Position numbers and translations under genes: made by a program | The notes under the pieces: generated by a model | What the model saw: the letters and a program-made list of their open reading frames with translations, nothing else | What the model was told of the DNA's origin: nothing | Databases searched by the model: none | In this document: piece after piece, positions 36,395 through 51,000 of the stretch | How the letters are laid out: each line of letters starts with the position of its first letter | How positions within the stretch are numbered: the first letter of the stretch is position 1 | NCBI GenBank assembly: GCA_950097015.1 | Contig: CATNEN010000007.1 | Location: 6,944,001 to 7,008,000, forward strand | Reading direction: 5' to 3' | Length of the DNA: 64,000 bases | Source of the DNA: Macrostomum hystrix | Taxonomy: Eukaryota > Animalia > Platyhelminthes

Positions 36395-37204
36395 GCAAAT
36401 TAGCGTCATAACAGTAGCATTCGAACTCGCAAGCTGGTAATGCACGAAGTCAGCTTGCGAGTTTCTTCTGCCAAAGACTAGGCTTGTTACAATGATGGGT
36501 CTCTGTGCAGCGCCACATCATGTCAGTCAGGTTTGATTACTTATTTTAACTGTATTCTACAATGTGAGTTCGCCTCAGCTCTTCATTCTCGCCTTTGGTG
36601 TCATTTTTATTTCATTCCTTTCTTCCTCTATTTGAGTCTTTCTCCATGCTGGTTTGTTGGGACTGAACTGCACTTCGCTAGCTATTCTGTATTATAAAGA
36701 TTCGTTTGTTTAGCAGATGCAGACAAATAGTGTTCTTCCCACTGAGTTTGTGAGCCAGTTCTATGGGCTAGTTAATTGATTTTTTGGCTTTTCACCACTG
36801 TCTAAATGTACTGCAACTTGTCTATTTTTCCTTTCTGACCACTTTCCACTGTGCCTTTCTGGTCTGTAGACAATTAATACTATTTATATTATTAATATAC
36901 TCGTATTAGCAATAGCATGTACTGTTTTAACCTAAGCGTTGCTTATTTTGTCCATTAGTCCATTTTTAATTCTATTTTGTTCTGTCTTCTGTGATTTGCT
37001 ATATTTATTGTTTATAATATTCAATAAATTATTATTAACATTCGATATGTGTTATTTATAAAGCAATGAGATGTAACTTGTGATTTTTGATTTTACTAAA
37101 TGCAGTTTTATTCACTTGTTTTGGCCTTTTGGTGTCTCTGTTAGACAGATTAAAGTAGCCTTCTGATTTGTTATTTCCTTTTATGCATGTTACAGGATTT
37201 TTCA

Positions 37205-37455
37205 GGATTGTGGTCTAAGCTTCTGACTTCTCACTCAGAGGTAGAAAGTTCGAATCTCAAGCCCCGAGGGAAATAGCTTGTGTCCTTGAACCAGACACTT
37301 AGTTCAACCAATTGTAAAATTAGTACCGGCATCAGCTGGGGTAGAAATTCTGGGTGGCGGCCTCCCCAGTCCACGGACTGAACAGCTGTACATGGCATTT
37401 GAATAGTTGCACCACTGCCTGTGCGTCTGGCCCAATTGGGATAGGTATAATTTCT
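37205..37455 (+). mobile_element. SINE family 2 copy
   Basis: gtggtctaag A-box-like, gttcgaatc B-box, gtgtccttgaaccagacactta and ccccagtccacggactgaacagctg. Confidence 0.7.
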
Positions 37456-37598
37456 GTGCTATCCAACTTAGTTATATACAATCTACTGCTTAGGGTAGGA
37501 TTCTTTCCAGCTTATAAGCGTTGTAGTGAAAGGACGATTTGTTGAAAACTTTCCGGTTGCCAATAGCAACCGCAAGGCCCATGAAATCGGGTTGCTAA

Positions 37599-38606
<1,008 letters not shown>

Positions 38607-39468
38607 AATGGAATCCCGTGAAAGCTGGGATTCGGCAACAACTGGGAATAAATCAATTTTAACGCTGAGGGATAATATTTCTTAACGGATTTGGAAGTGA
38701 GACCATCTACCTGGTCAGCACGTGTGTACCCTACTCCACCTGGATTGTGTTAGGCAATAAAACTGAGTAAAATAGTCGCGCTTACTCTCCTCTGAGTCTG
38801 GAGTAGCCCCCAAAGCCGAGTACAGTCTTGGCATCTTGGAATGAAAAAATGCTGCTGCTGTTTCCTGTTGTTATTGTTTCGTTTATTTTTTCGCTTCGAT
38901 CTCAAACAGGGTCAGCTGCTGATCTTTGCGGTGCTTGTGGAGCACCGGCATTGTGATGTTGGTCACATGGATAGACTGCAGTTGGTTTATCAATTAGCCT
39001 GATAGTTCAGTTTCATTTGCTTTAGATTACGGGTCGCCTGTGCGCTTATTTGATATTAATTTCCGCTATCGATCCCGGCTATTTTAGTCTGCTGTTCTCT
39101 TGTGTGCGCTGCAAGCAATGCCCTGCGATTGTGTGCAAACAGTGCAGTAGATAAAGCTTTCCTGTGCGCACTCACTGCTGTCAATGTTGGCATATTTAAA
39201 TGGCTGACTCAGCCTGCCGACTATTCTACTAGGCGATAGAAGCTGTCAGCAGGTGTTACTATATACTCAGTCTCTACTAGGCACCGAGCACCGAGGTGAG
39301 TCCTGATTGTGTCTGGTGGACCAATTGCCGGGGTAGGGTACATTTTGTTAAAAGTTTGTTAATGATTAGTTCAGTTATAATTTTGTATAGTTTATAGTTG
39401 ATTTTGTGTATCATGTCGCAGATGACAGGATTTTCAAGAGAATGTATCGTAGAAATCAAGTAAGGACG

Positions 39469-39792
39469 CGGGGCCGGGTTGCAGAATAGTTAAAGCGTTT
39501 AGCTTTCGCACCAACGTCCCTGAGTTCGATTCCGCGACGAGGTCACATTTATTCAGGGCACAGCCACCGAGAGAAGGCTTGAGGGCTCGTCGTGTCGTGC
39601 AATTTAGCCCTTGAGGGCCAACCTCCGAGGCACAGTGAAGAGTACACTGCCTGACGATGAGAAAGTCAGGCAGATGTGCACACCTGAGTGAGTGTGTGCT
39701 CAGGAGTCAGTGAAATGGGCAGAATTGCCTCCTCGCTGGCAGCGGATCTAGTGTCACCAAATTATGTGTCCCAGCCCTCCTGCAAATGTTAT
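39469..39792 (+). mobile_element. SINE family 1 copy
   Basis: Colinear with 10777-11120, including the B-box gagttcgattcc. Confidence 0.85.
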
Positions 39793-40036
39793 TTAGTAAG
39801 GACCCACTGCACTATTAACAGGTGTAATGATGAACCAGGCAAGTCTCTGCTTGTAAGTTATTACCTATTTCAACCGCTCCCTCTTCGAGAACTTCGATTT
39901 GCATTAGCGGTAAAATGAAACTTTTGTGCTGTCAGGCATAAATAATTCAGTGCTTTATTGAATTGATTGCTACAATTCACACACCAGTTTCTTTCAACTA
40001 TGTACTTTACCTGTAAACTTCAAGAGTCGATCCCGG

Positions 40037-41960
40037 ATGTCGCTGGACTCCTCGGTCCCGTCAGGCAGCGGCATCGCTCTGAGCGCCTGCCTGCACGCCG
40101 CCGCCCTGTTGGGCCTGTGCACCGCTTTGGGCCTCATGCACGTAGCTGTACCGCCATTCTCCCGGAGATTCTTTTGCGACGATCAGAGCATCCGCTATCC
40201 GGTGGGCCGCTGCTCCGTGCCCTACTATGTGTGCGCCCCGGCTGGTGTCCTGACCGCCTGGTTGGCTGTGGCCGTGGCCGAATGGCGCTGCCGGAACCGG
40301 TGCCACCTGCGCCACTCGCCGGCTCTGTTAGCATTTGCGAGGCGCTTGTTCGCCTCCAGTGAATTCGCAGCCAATTATTTTGCGGCAGTCATGCACGGTA
40401 TATACTACTTCTGCCTTGGCCTGTCCGCGTGCGACTTGCTCATGGGCATGGCCAAGAATGCGTTTGGCAGGCATCGGCCGTTCTTCTACACCCTGTGCCG
40501 GCCGGAGCTGCCCGGCAGCGTCTGCAACGCCAGCATCGCGTATGACGCAGCCGAGGTCTGCCGGCCGACAGTCTCTGTGCGAGAGTTCCAGGCATGTGGT
40601 GGCATGTTTGCCAGTAGATCCAACAGGAGATTGTCAGCAGATCCAACAGGATATTGTCAGTAGATCCAACAGGATATTGTCAGTAGATCCAACAGGATAT
40701 TGTCAGCAGATTCAACAGGATATTGTCAGTAGATCCCACAGGATACATTGTCAGCAGATCCAACAGGATATTGTCAGCAGATCCAACAGGATATTGCCAG
40801 TAGATCCCACAGGATACATTGTCAGCAGATCCAACAGGATATTGTCAGCAGATCCAACAGGATATTGTCAGCAGATCCAACAGGATATTGTCAGTAGATC
40901 CAACAGGATATTGTCAGCAGATCCAACAGGATATTGTCAGCAGATCCAACAGGATATTGTCAGCAGATCCAACAGGATATTGTCAGTAGATCCAACAGGA
41001 GATTGTCAGCAGATCCAACAGGATATTGTGAGTAGATCCAACAGGATATTGTCAGCAGATCCAACAGGATATTGTCAGTAGATCCAACAGGATATTGTCA
41101 GCAGATCCAACAGGAGATTGTCAGCAGATCCAACAGGATATTGTCAGTAGATCCAACAGGATATTGTCAGCAGATCCAACAGGATATTGTCAGTAGATCC
41201 AACAGGATATTGTCAGTATATCCAACAGGATATTGTCAGCAGATCCAACAGGATATTGTCAGCAGATCCAACAGGATATTGTCAGCAGATCCAACAGGAT
41301 ATTGTCAGTAGATCCAACAGGATATTGTCAGTAGATCCAACAGGATATTGTCAGCAGATCCAACAGGATATTGTCAGTAGATCCAACAGGATATTGTCAG
41401 CAGATCCAACAGGAGACTGTCAGCAGATCCAACAGGATATTGTCAGTATATCCAACAGGATATTGTCAGCAGATCCAACAGGAGATTGTTAGCAGATCCA
41501 ACAGGATATTGTCAGTAGATCCAACAGGAGATTAGCCGGTGCTTGGTAGTCTCTAATCCGCTTTACTAACCCGCAGGATGCGCAGCGCTCATTTCCCAGC
41601 GGGCACGCCTCCTTCAGCCTCTACTGCGCCACCTTCGTTGTACTCTACCTTCAGCGTCGGGCCAGCCGCAACTGCCGCCACTCGCTGCTTCGGCTGGCCT
41701 TCCAGTTCCTGGCTGCCGTCGGCGGCCTCTACGTGGCCTATTCCCGCGTGCGGGACTACAAGCACCACTGGAGCGACGTGCTGGCAGGCGGCCTGCTCGG
41801 TGCGTGCCTCGCCTTGCTGGCCGCACGGGCGGTGCCAGCCGACTTACCCGAGTTCGCCAACTTCAAAGAAGCCAACAGCTCCAGGATGGCTTCCAGCGCT
41901 GGCGACGACGGAGAGGACGGGGCTGGGTCGGGCGCGCGGAGGCTGGCGGACTTGGCGTGA
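40037..41960 (+). CDS. PLPP: Phospholipid phosphatase (PAP2/LPP, wunen-like), paralog a, about 312 aa
   Basis: Exons 40037-40591 (GC donor) and 41577-41960. RRFFCDDQSIRYP motif, with intact KX6RP (KNAFGRHRP), PSGH and SRX5HX3D (SRVRDYKHHWSD). Confidence 0.92.
40612..41533. repeat. 23-bp minisatellite (agatccaacaggatattgtcag(c/t)) filling the PLPP-a intron
   Basis: About 40 units. Confidence 0.97.
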
Positions 41961-42234
41961 CGCGGCATAGTGCAGTTGCATGCATTGATTCAGTTAGTCA
42001 TTGTTTAAGCAAAGTATAGTTCATGTTTTCGCGTTAGCAAGTACATACTGCTGAATTGGCTTTGCCACTTTGTTAGCCAAACTAGCGTCATTTTGAATTT
42101 CTGTTACGGCTTTTATCATCTTTTTAGTTGATACTAAAATCGATTGCGTACATACAAGCAAACAAGATTTTCATTTTTAGTATAATAGATATAGAAGAAT
42201 TCAATCTGTTTGTGTACCTGGCCAGTTGACCCTA

Positions 42235-42769
42235 ACCAGATGAGTGTCTCTCCTGCTGAATGACCAGACGAGTGTCTCACCTGCTGAATGACCAGACGAG
42301 TGTCTCACATGCTGAATGACCAGACGAGTGTCTCACCTGCTGAATGACCAGATGAGTGTCCCTCCTGCTGAATGACCAGACGAGTGTCTCACCTGCTGAA
42401 TGACCAGACGAGTGTCCCACATGCTGAATGACCAGACGAGTATCCCACATGCTGAATGACCAGACGAGTATCCCACATGCTGAATGACCAGACGAGTGTC
42501 CCACATGCTGAATGACCAGACGAGTGTCCCACATGCTGAATGACCATATGTGGGTCAGTGTCCCTCCTGCTGAATGACCAGACGAGTGTCCCACATGCTG
42601 AATGACCAGACGAGTGTCCCACATGCTGAATGACCAGACGAGTGTCCCACATGCTGAATGACCAGACGAGTGTCCCACCTGCTGAATGACCAGACGAGAG
42701 TCCCACATGCTGAATGACCAGACGAGTGTCCCACCTGCTGAATGACCAGACGAGTGTCCCACCTGCTGA
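42235..42769. repeat. 28-bp minisatellite (tgctgaatgaccagacgagtgtcccaca)
   Basis: About 19 units. Confidence 0.95.
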
Positions 42770-43219
42770 GCATCGACCTGCAAATTCAAAATCTAAAGCA
42801 GCCACATGCGAAAGTACATTCAGCTTGTCACTGAATGTACTCTGAGCCACTGTACACTGCAGGCTAATTCTAGATAAGGAATAGAAAGGACGGGGCAGGC
42901 AGTCGATGTACATGCTGGGTAGAGCTTTTTTATCGAGACCAAACCAACTCCACACTCTATCTGTTTAAATGCTTGCACTCGCCTGGCAATGTTCTCTCAC
43001 AGTGACCCCTTAGGCTAGCCACGCCTTTTTCTTCTTTAGGGTTAGGTTTTTCGCCCATTTCACAATTTTGCCACAATTAGCATTGTAGCTAGCTAAATTC
43101 AAGATCAATTTGTCCTTTAATTTGCTTGATTTATCGCAGATCTAGCTGCAGACTCAAACTAATACTTTCTGGTGAGTTTGAAATTATTGTCTGGATCTAA
43201 AGGCTTGTTCACACTGTCA

Positions 43220-43442
43220 TCTAGTGGTTCGAGTGTTTCGATTCCCGACTCCGCTGGAGCGTTTTGTGTCCTTAGCAATTAGACACTTGGCTCTGGTGGG
43301 CGGTTATGGCGCTCCCCAGTCCATGGACTGAACAGCTGTGCAGCTTTCAGATGCACCACGCTATAGCGGCGGCTGTGCTATCAACTGCAAATCTCTCCCG
43401 TTTGGGGCAGGTGTAATCAATGGTTATTATTTTTATTATTAA
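43220..43442 (+). mobile_element. SINE family 2 copy, internally deleted
   Basis: ttcgattcc, gtgtccttagc, ccccagtccatggactgaacagctg, ggggcaggtgtaatcaa and a (TTA) tail. Confidence 0.7.
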
Positions 43443-43688
43443 TCTCAGAATTGTTAATGAAACAGACACAAATCTAGTTACAGTGAACTTTTCTACTCAA
43501 AAAATTTTATTTCCTGTGGAGTGGAATCCTGATATGAAATCAACATTATAATTTGCTGATTCTGGTGATCAATAGTTCCACTTCTTATTTTCCAGTCCTC
43601 ATTGGATTCTTGTGAGTCTGGTGATTGTCATCGGTCATTTAATTCTGTTTGCGGCCCGGATTCCGCTCTTGAAAGCGACCGTCGCAGT

Positions 43689-45088
43689 ATGGTGACTCGA
43701 ACTCGCGTCGCTCTGGCCGGCTTTGGCCACGCCCTGATGCTGCTAGTGCTGGGCGCCGCCTGTCTGACTGTTCACTTGGCTGTGAAGCCGTTCCAGCGGG
43801 TCTTCTTCTGCGACGACCAGAGCATCGCCTTCCCGCTGCAGAAGGGCACCGTGCCATTCGAGGTCTGCCTCGGGGTCGGGGTGATCCTCGGCATTGTGAC
43901 TGTCATCGCCGTGGAGTTCCTGTGCCACTTCCACGCCCCAGTGCGCGTCAAAGCAGGCCGGCCCCGGCAGCGCATTCTGCTGGCTGCGCTTGGCTGCTTG
44001 GTGCCCGAAAAATTCCGCCTGCTGGTGGCTGGCATTGTGGCCGGCCTCTACTATTTGGCATTCGCCTGCCTGACCAACGAGATCTTCACCGTGGTCGGCA
44101 AGATGGGCTTCGGCCGACAGCGGCCACACTTCCTGGAGGCCTGCCGGTTGAACAGCACCTGCGAGCCGGGCCGCAGGTACACGCCGGACTTCTGCCTCAA
44201 GCCGAACCCTTCGGAATTCGACAACGCGCAGAAGTCCTTTCCCAGTGGCCACTCGTCCTTCTGCATGGTCGTGTGCGTCTACCTGGCTCTTTACATGCAG
44301 GTACGCTATTCAGACACAGCTCATGGTTCTCGTCTCAAGAACAGCTCAAAATTCCATAAGCGAGTTGGTTTTCCTAGAAACCAAACATTTTGCTAATTCC
44401 GATGAAAACGATATCGCAATAAGCATCCTTAAACTCGTAGGGTCGTTTCAAACATTTTTCTAACGACTACAACCCTCCTTGTATTTTTTAAAAATCAGTT
44501 CACGCATATGTTAAATGGGTACCAGCATTAGCTGGGGTTTTTCAGGGTGATGGTTTGAACGACTCAAACACTTCTCATCAGTCGCAAGTGATTCTTTTAC
44601 AAGTCGTCGTCATATAGCGTCGTACAAGACTCGTTATTCACTGTGCGGGCGTTGCACTATTTTACTATTTGTATCGTGACAACAAGGCGTCTTGGTCGCA
44701 TTTTAATTTATTTCTAACTTGTTTTTATCGGATTTATTCGTGCTTTTGATCAATTGTTTGCTACTTGTGTCACGCCCGCCCTGCGCAGTTCCGCCTGTCC
44801 TTCCGGCATCCGCTGCACTCGCTGAAAAACCTCACCCAGTTGGCGCTTATTCTCTTGGGCGCCAGCGTGGCGATGTCCCGCGTCTCAGACTACAAGCACC
44901 ACTGGAGCGACGTGCTGGCAGGCGGCGCGCTCGGCTCCCTCTGCGGCGCCCTCCTGGCTGCCAAGTTCTGGGCACCCCTGGCGACTCTGTCGGACTTGGC
45001 GGCCTCAGAGACCACGGCCGCTTTGCCGCTGCGGCACACTAATAACGGTGGCGGAGCCAGTGACAGAGGTGCGGGCTATGTGACCTAG
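43689..45088 (+). CDS. PLPP: Phospholipid phosphatase (PAP2/LPP), paralog b, about 303 aa; the N-terminus may extend via the acceptor at 43596
   Basis: Exons 43689-44300 and 44789-45088 (phase 0); KMGFGRQRP, FPSGH and SRVSDYKHHWSD. Confidence 0.92.
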
Positions 45089-46169
45089 TCCAGTCTAGCT
45101 TGCTAAATACTTGTCACATTTGAGATGCTTACTCAACATATGCTACTAACAGTAGCGAAGCGGTAGAAAATCATATTTTAGCCGAACTTCTGTTGATTTT
45201 TTTGCCCCTGTCGTGAACTGAGCAATCATTCGAACTGTTGGCTATAAATTTTATAAATGCAAAAACATTGAGTGCCACCGCTAAAATCCATCGTCTGCGC
45301 CATCCCATTAGGATTAATTTCCTGTTTCTTTTTACGAATTTCCTGATAGCGTGCATATTTTCCTGTTTATAATTTTAGTTCGCACAATAATATTTTATTG
45401 TCAGATAGTTCTTAGCCATTATTATTTATTTGAGAAGGATTCTGACGCGAAACTGGTGCGCTCAGAATCCTATGTACTTTCGAAATTTGTTTTATTTTCT
45501 ATATATTTTTATGCATATATACTTAATTTGAGTGGATTTTATAAAAATATGATTTCAGTATGGAATTACTGAACTCCATTTTTGTGTTTTTGTAACGCTA
45601 AAAACGCTTAATTACTTTAGTGCAAAAATAAGTATAAAGTAAATAAACACTTTAAAAACACATTTATTTGTCGAGCAAGTTTCCAACGGAATATTACTAA
45701 ATAAAATATAGTATTCTTGTCCAGTGTATATTATATCACTGGATAAAAGTTATTACAGCTATCAAAGTTTTATAGGAGCAAAGATATTTGCAGTTAAACA
45801 AGCATATTTAACCACATATTCGCGATTGACTTCAAGTTTTATCCTGGCGCAATCGATAAGATACTTGCTATGCAATCGATGGAACTAAGGTTTCAATCCC
45901 AGAAATACATATTTTAAAATAAAGAAGCATATTTTTATCTCTGAAGTATATTTTTATTTTCTTCCTCGTATAAATTTCTTTAAATACTCGTAATTATCCT
46001 GGCAAGTTATTGAAATTCTAAATTGAAAAAAAACTAAAGTTATGATATTTTTACACAACTATTGTATTATACAGCAGCTTCGACTATTTTTAGTAAGCAA
46101 GTAAACAATTTTCAGGTTGCTTGCATCTATTCGTAAGAGTTAATGAAATTAGTTAAGTCTTAGTTAGTA

Positions 46170-47304
46170 TTGGTTTTGTCAGCCTAACTGAGAATAAAGC
46201 CACCCAAAATGAGAATCCTGCCTACGCTGACTGCGAAGGGCCTGGCTGCGTGCAGCCTTAGTCTATGGGCCATAGACTATAAAGGATAAGCAAAGTGATA
46301 AAAAGGCATCCAATGTGAGAATCGATCGCTTTTTCTCTTCCCCCCAGCTCTCTCCACTCCTCCAAGCGCAACTCCTCCATCACTGCTTCTCCATCACCCA
46401 CAGTCTCGTTGCTTTCTTGCCTATTTATCCAACACTTAGAATTAACAGAGTTCAGTCTTCACCACTGCAATAAAAATGCCCGCCTCATCTGTGGACCGCC
46501 AGCGACTCATCGCGGCCATTGAAAATGGAAGCTCACTAAGGGAAGCAGCAGCCGTCCTGCAACTGCCTGTCTCAACTGCCTATAGAATTGCCCGTCAGCA
46601 TCGCCTAGAAGGAAGAACTGAGGCGCTTCCTCGAGGTGGTCAACGACTTCTTAAAGTTGATGATGAAATGCGGCAATTTCTGAGCCAGAAGCTGCAAAAG
46701 AACCCCTTCCTAACGTTAAAAGAGATGGCCAACTGCATGGCTGCACAGTTTCCGGAGAAGCCTTAAGTGGGGTACAAGACGGTCGATCGGATGCTCCAAG
46801 GGATGCTATACACCCTGAAGCTCGGAATGAAGGGCAGTGACACCAGAGCGAGCTGCAATCTGCCTGAAAACATCGAGGCCCGAAGAGAATATGCCAACTT
46901 CATGCTGCACCTTGACGCCTCAGTACACATCGTCTATTTGGACGAAACTGGATTCAACTTGTGGCTACGGCGATAGCAAGGCCGTGCTATCAGGGGTATT
47001 GGGCAGTGCATTGAGGGAGGGCTATTTTAACTCTTTACTTTACTATACTGTATCATCCAGTGTTCCTGTTTCCGTTATTCCGTTCAAGCTATTGGCTAGT
47101 CATATGGCTCAGAAGGTATAAAAATAAAAGAATACGACGCATAGACCAATCGTTTCTCACATTGATGGCTTTTTATCACTTCGCTTGTCCTTTATTGTCT
47201 ATGGCCCATAGACTAAGGCTGCACGCAGCCAGGCCCTTCGCAGTCAGCGTAGGCAGGATTATCATTTTGGGTGGCTTTATTCTCAGTTAGGCTGACAAAA
47301 CCAA
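46170..47304 (+). mobile_element. IS630/Tc1-superfamily DNA transposon, internally deleted, with TIRs of about 155 bp
   Basis: TIRs ttggttttgtcagcctaactgag... / ...ctcagttaggctgacaaaaccaa, flanked by TA (TAGTA on both sides). Confidence 0.9.
46476..47000 (+). pseudogene. IS630-like transposase remnant (HTH plus the first catalytic Asp)
   Basis: HTH SLREAAAVLQLPVSTAYRI, PRGG and IVYLDETGFNLW; in-frame stops at 46764-46766 and 46974-46976; the rest of the DDE domain is missing. Confidence 0.88.
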
Positions 47305-48081
47305 TAGTATTCGTAATTAGTTAATGTAATTGGTTTTTGAATAGCATTCGTAACATGCAGCGTTTTTTGTACGCAGCAACTGCGGGAATTTTTATCGGTT
47401 TGTTAAAATGACGTCGAGATCTAGTGCTGATAGTTCAAACATTTTTCGGTTTCAATTTAATACATTTTTTCCTTTTTCATGCATAAATTGCCCATGCATG
47501 AATTATGCTGATTGGTATATTTATGAGTTAACTTCTCTGGTTAGAACAACCATTTTTGGTAAAATATTAATAAAAATCTTGAAGCAGACATGACCTGGTA
47601 TAGATCATGAATGATTTTTTCACATGATATGATAGGCTTAAGCCGTGCATCTTGGTGTGATGAAACTTTCTGCGTGTGGGTCTTCGCATTGCGAGATAAT
47701 AATGCTCTACAGACAGATGTTTTTCCCACTTGGTAAATAATGAACTAGGAAAACAGATTTGGAAATTCTGTGAGATTGCGGGATTCCAATTTCAGATATA
47801 TGTAATTTTAGCATGTAAATTACATGCTTTGTAATAGAGGAAGCCAGTGCAGCAAGATCCGTGCTCAATCTTGTACCAGCTTGCCGGCGAGACTCAGGAA
47901 GCCCACGTGGTAGGGTGGAAAGGTTGAAGGATTTTATGCATAAAACTTCTTTATTAATAGTCCGATGTCAAGGCAAAGCAGCTAAACTTGTAGAAAATAT
48001 CAATACCTATCAAATAAAGGCACACTTTGTAAAAAAAATAAAATTTTGAAGCCCCGGAAAATAGGTTTTGGCCTTGATTTG

Positions 48082-51000
48082 TGTCAAGACTCAAAGGAAG
48101 CTTCTTATAGCGAATATAACGAGTGTATTTGGGTTAAAGCCGCGCGTGCGAATAAGCCGTGTAGTCACTCTTACGTTTAGCTTGGGGGGGTAAAAGGGGT
48201 GCAACAGTTGAGGCGAAGCTTAGCTTAACGGGACCATAGACAGAAGAAGAAGAGAGAAAGCCGTTAGGGCCGGGCTGCTTTGACACTGCACAACATGTCT
48301 CCCTCCAGTCAAATGAAACAAAACAACGAGCGCATGTGGCTATTTTTTGTGGCTATGTTAGTCTTATCGGGAGGGCAACATATCAACCGTCACAGTGTCA
48401 GGGTGTGTATCGGTCTGGCTGTCGCCGATTTCGGTCACCCCTGCGCGGAACTTGATCTGCCACCGGAGCCGGTGGTGTCGGGGTTTCATTGGGAGGCATG
48501 TCTGCCGGCGGCTCCAGACTTTCGTCCTCGTCGTCCTCAGAAGTGCGTGAAAGCATCGGGGCAATCTGATTGTTGCTTGCCAGACGCAGTTTGTCGTCCG
48601 TCAGCAACCAGGATGTGTTGCGCCCTTGGGTCATGAGGAACTCTGCGCCTCGGGACGGGGTGTGGTCGGTGGCCTTGTATACGACCTGGTCACCTTGTTG
48701 GAAAGCCGAGACAACAGGTACGCGAAGTCGTCGACCGAACACGAGCTCAGCCGGTGTCTTTGACCTTGCACCTGACGAGTTGCGGTGGTGAAGCAGAACC
48801 TTCTGCAAAAACGCAATGAAGTCAGAGTGGGTCAGTCTCTGTGTCCAGGCCTGCAGGGCCCTCTTGACAGTTTGGACTGCTCGCTCGGCCGCACCATTAG
48901 ATTGTGGCGAGTAGGGAGGGGTTTCCATCTTTCGGGCGCCGTTGGCATGCAGCCAGGACAGCAGGGCATCAGACGTGAATTCCGGTCCGTTGTCGGAGAC
49001 CACCACCTCTGGGACTCCAAATCTCGTGAATACAGTACGTAACGAGCAAATAACCCTGTCTGCCGTCCTGTCGCGGGATGGAAAGGCTTCAATCCATCCG
49101 GAATAGGAATCCACTACAATGAGAATGTTGCCCACCTCGGGCACGAAGGCCCAGTCCATGTGGATGCGCTGAAATGGAGCATCAGCAGGTGGCCAAGCAT
49201 CTCGGGACTTCTGCAGTCGGGGCCGCAGGCTGCTGCATGCAGCACACTGCCGCACGAATCGTTCCACGTCGCGCTGCATGCCGGGCCACCAGCAGGACAG
49301 CTCCAGGAGGTGGTAGCTGGCAGAAGTACCGCTATGAGTGTCGTGAATCGCATCGAAGGCCTCTTTCCGGAGACGCGGAGGTATGAATGCGCGCCGGTGC
49401 ATGTAGAGGAGGCCGTTCTCGATTGTTAGAGCTGCTGCGTTTCTCTTGAAAGCGGCCTCTGCTTGTGTGCAGTTATGCCAGTCGCCATTGCGTACGCGAC
49501 GTATGATGCGCTGTAGCAGTGGATCAGAATCAAGTTCGCTAGCGATCCGTCGAGGATTGATAGTAGGGGATTCAAAGGCAACTGAGTTGATTGCCTCGAA
49601 TGCGTCGGCCGGGTCTTGACTGTCATTATTAAACGGCAGACGAGAAAGCGCATCGGCATGCGGAATGCGCGATCCGGGAACGTAGACCACGCTAAAGTCA
49701 AATTGCATCAGGTAAAGGGCCCAGCGACTGATTCTTGCCGATGAACTCATTGGTATGCTGCCACCGAAAAGCCGTAGAAGAGGCTGATGATCCGTCTGTA
49801 CCGTAAATCGTCGGCCTTGGAGGTAGTGTTTCAGGCGACAGACGGCCCAGAAGATGGCGAGTGCTTCCCGTTCAATGTTGGAATAGTTAGTCTCGGCCTT
49901 GGACAGTGTCCTAGAGATAAAGATTACAGGGCGTCCTTCCTGGGTAACAACGCCTGCCAACGCTCCTTTAGAGGCATCTGTTGTGAGGGTCACCTCCTTC
50001 TCCAGGCTGTACGGTTGTACTATTGGTCGTGATGAGATCTCCTTCTTGAGATTCTCGAAAGCGCGAGCACATGCTTCAGACCAGACAAACGGCGTGGATG
50101 CCTTGCGCAGTTCGTTCAATGGGGCGACCTTGGCGGAATAGTCAGGAATCAAGCGGCCGAAGAAATTCACCAGACCGAGAAATTGCTCGATCTCCTTCTT
50201 GGTCTTCGGTGTCGAGATGTGGCGAACTTTGTCCACGAGCTTATCATCGGGCCGAATTCCAGCGGCAGAAATTTCGAATCCAAGGAATGAAATCGACTCG
50301 CAAATGCCTGTACATTTGTCTTCATTGACCGTTACCTTTTTTTCGGCCAGGCGCGTTTTGACTGCTTTCAGACGCTTCTGGAGTGCTTCAACGTTCTCAG
50401 CATAGACCATGATGTCGCTTGATAGATCAGTAGTCCCTTCAAGTCGGAGAGGATGCTCTCCATTGTGCGTTGAAAAATGAATGAAGCGTTTTTCATGCCC
50501 ATCTGAAGGCGTTTGACGCGGTATAGGCCTCGCGAGGTATTGATGATAGAGATGCCTTGGGCGGATTCGTCCAGCTCGATCTGCCAGTAAGCCGACCTCA
50601 GATCAATCTTGGCAAACTTCTTTAACTTGCCAAAGAGGTGCTCGATGCTTGGAATAGGGTATGACTCTGGCTTTATTTTGTCGTTCACATGGACCTTGTA
50701 ATCGGCGCACATGCGCAACGTCCCGTCCTTCTTCTTGATCCAGACGACCGGAGAAGCGTTGCTCACAGGACCCTCCACAGGCTCGATGATGCCAAGCTGC
50801 TGCAGCCGGTCCAACTCTGCGTTGACTTGCTTCTCTAGTGCGATTGGAACCGGACGAGCACGGCAGAACTGGGATCGAGCGCCTTCAACCAGCTCCATCT
50901 GTGCCTTGATGCCCTTGATGGTGGGCAGCGTTGTAGCTGCAACTGTGGGGCTCGGAGCTTGAGAGTTGGTGTGAAAGAGAGAGTCGGAATCTAAAAGATC

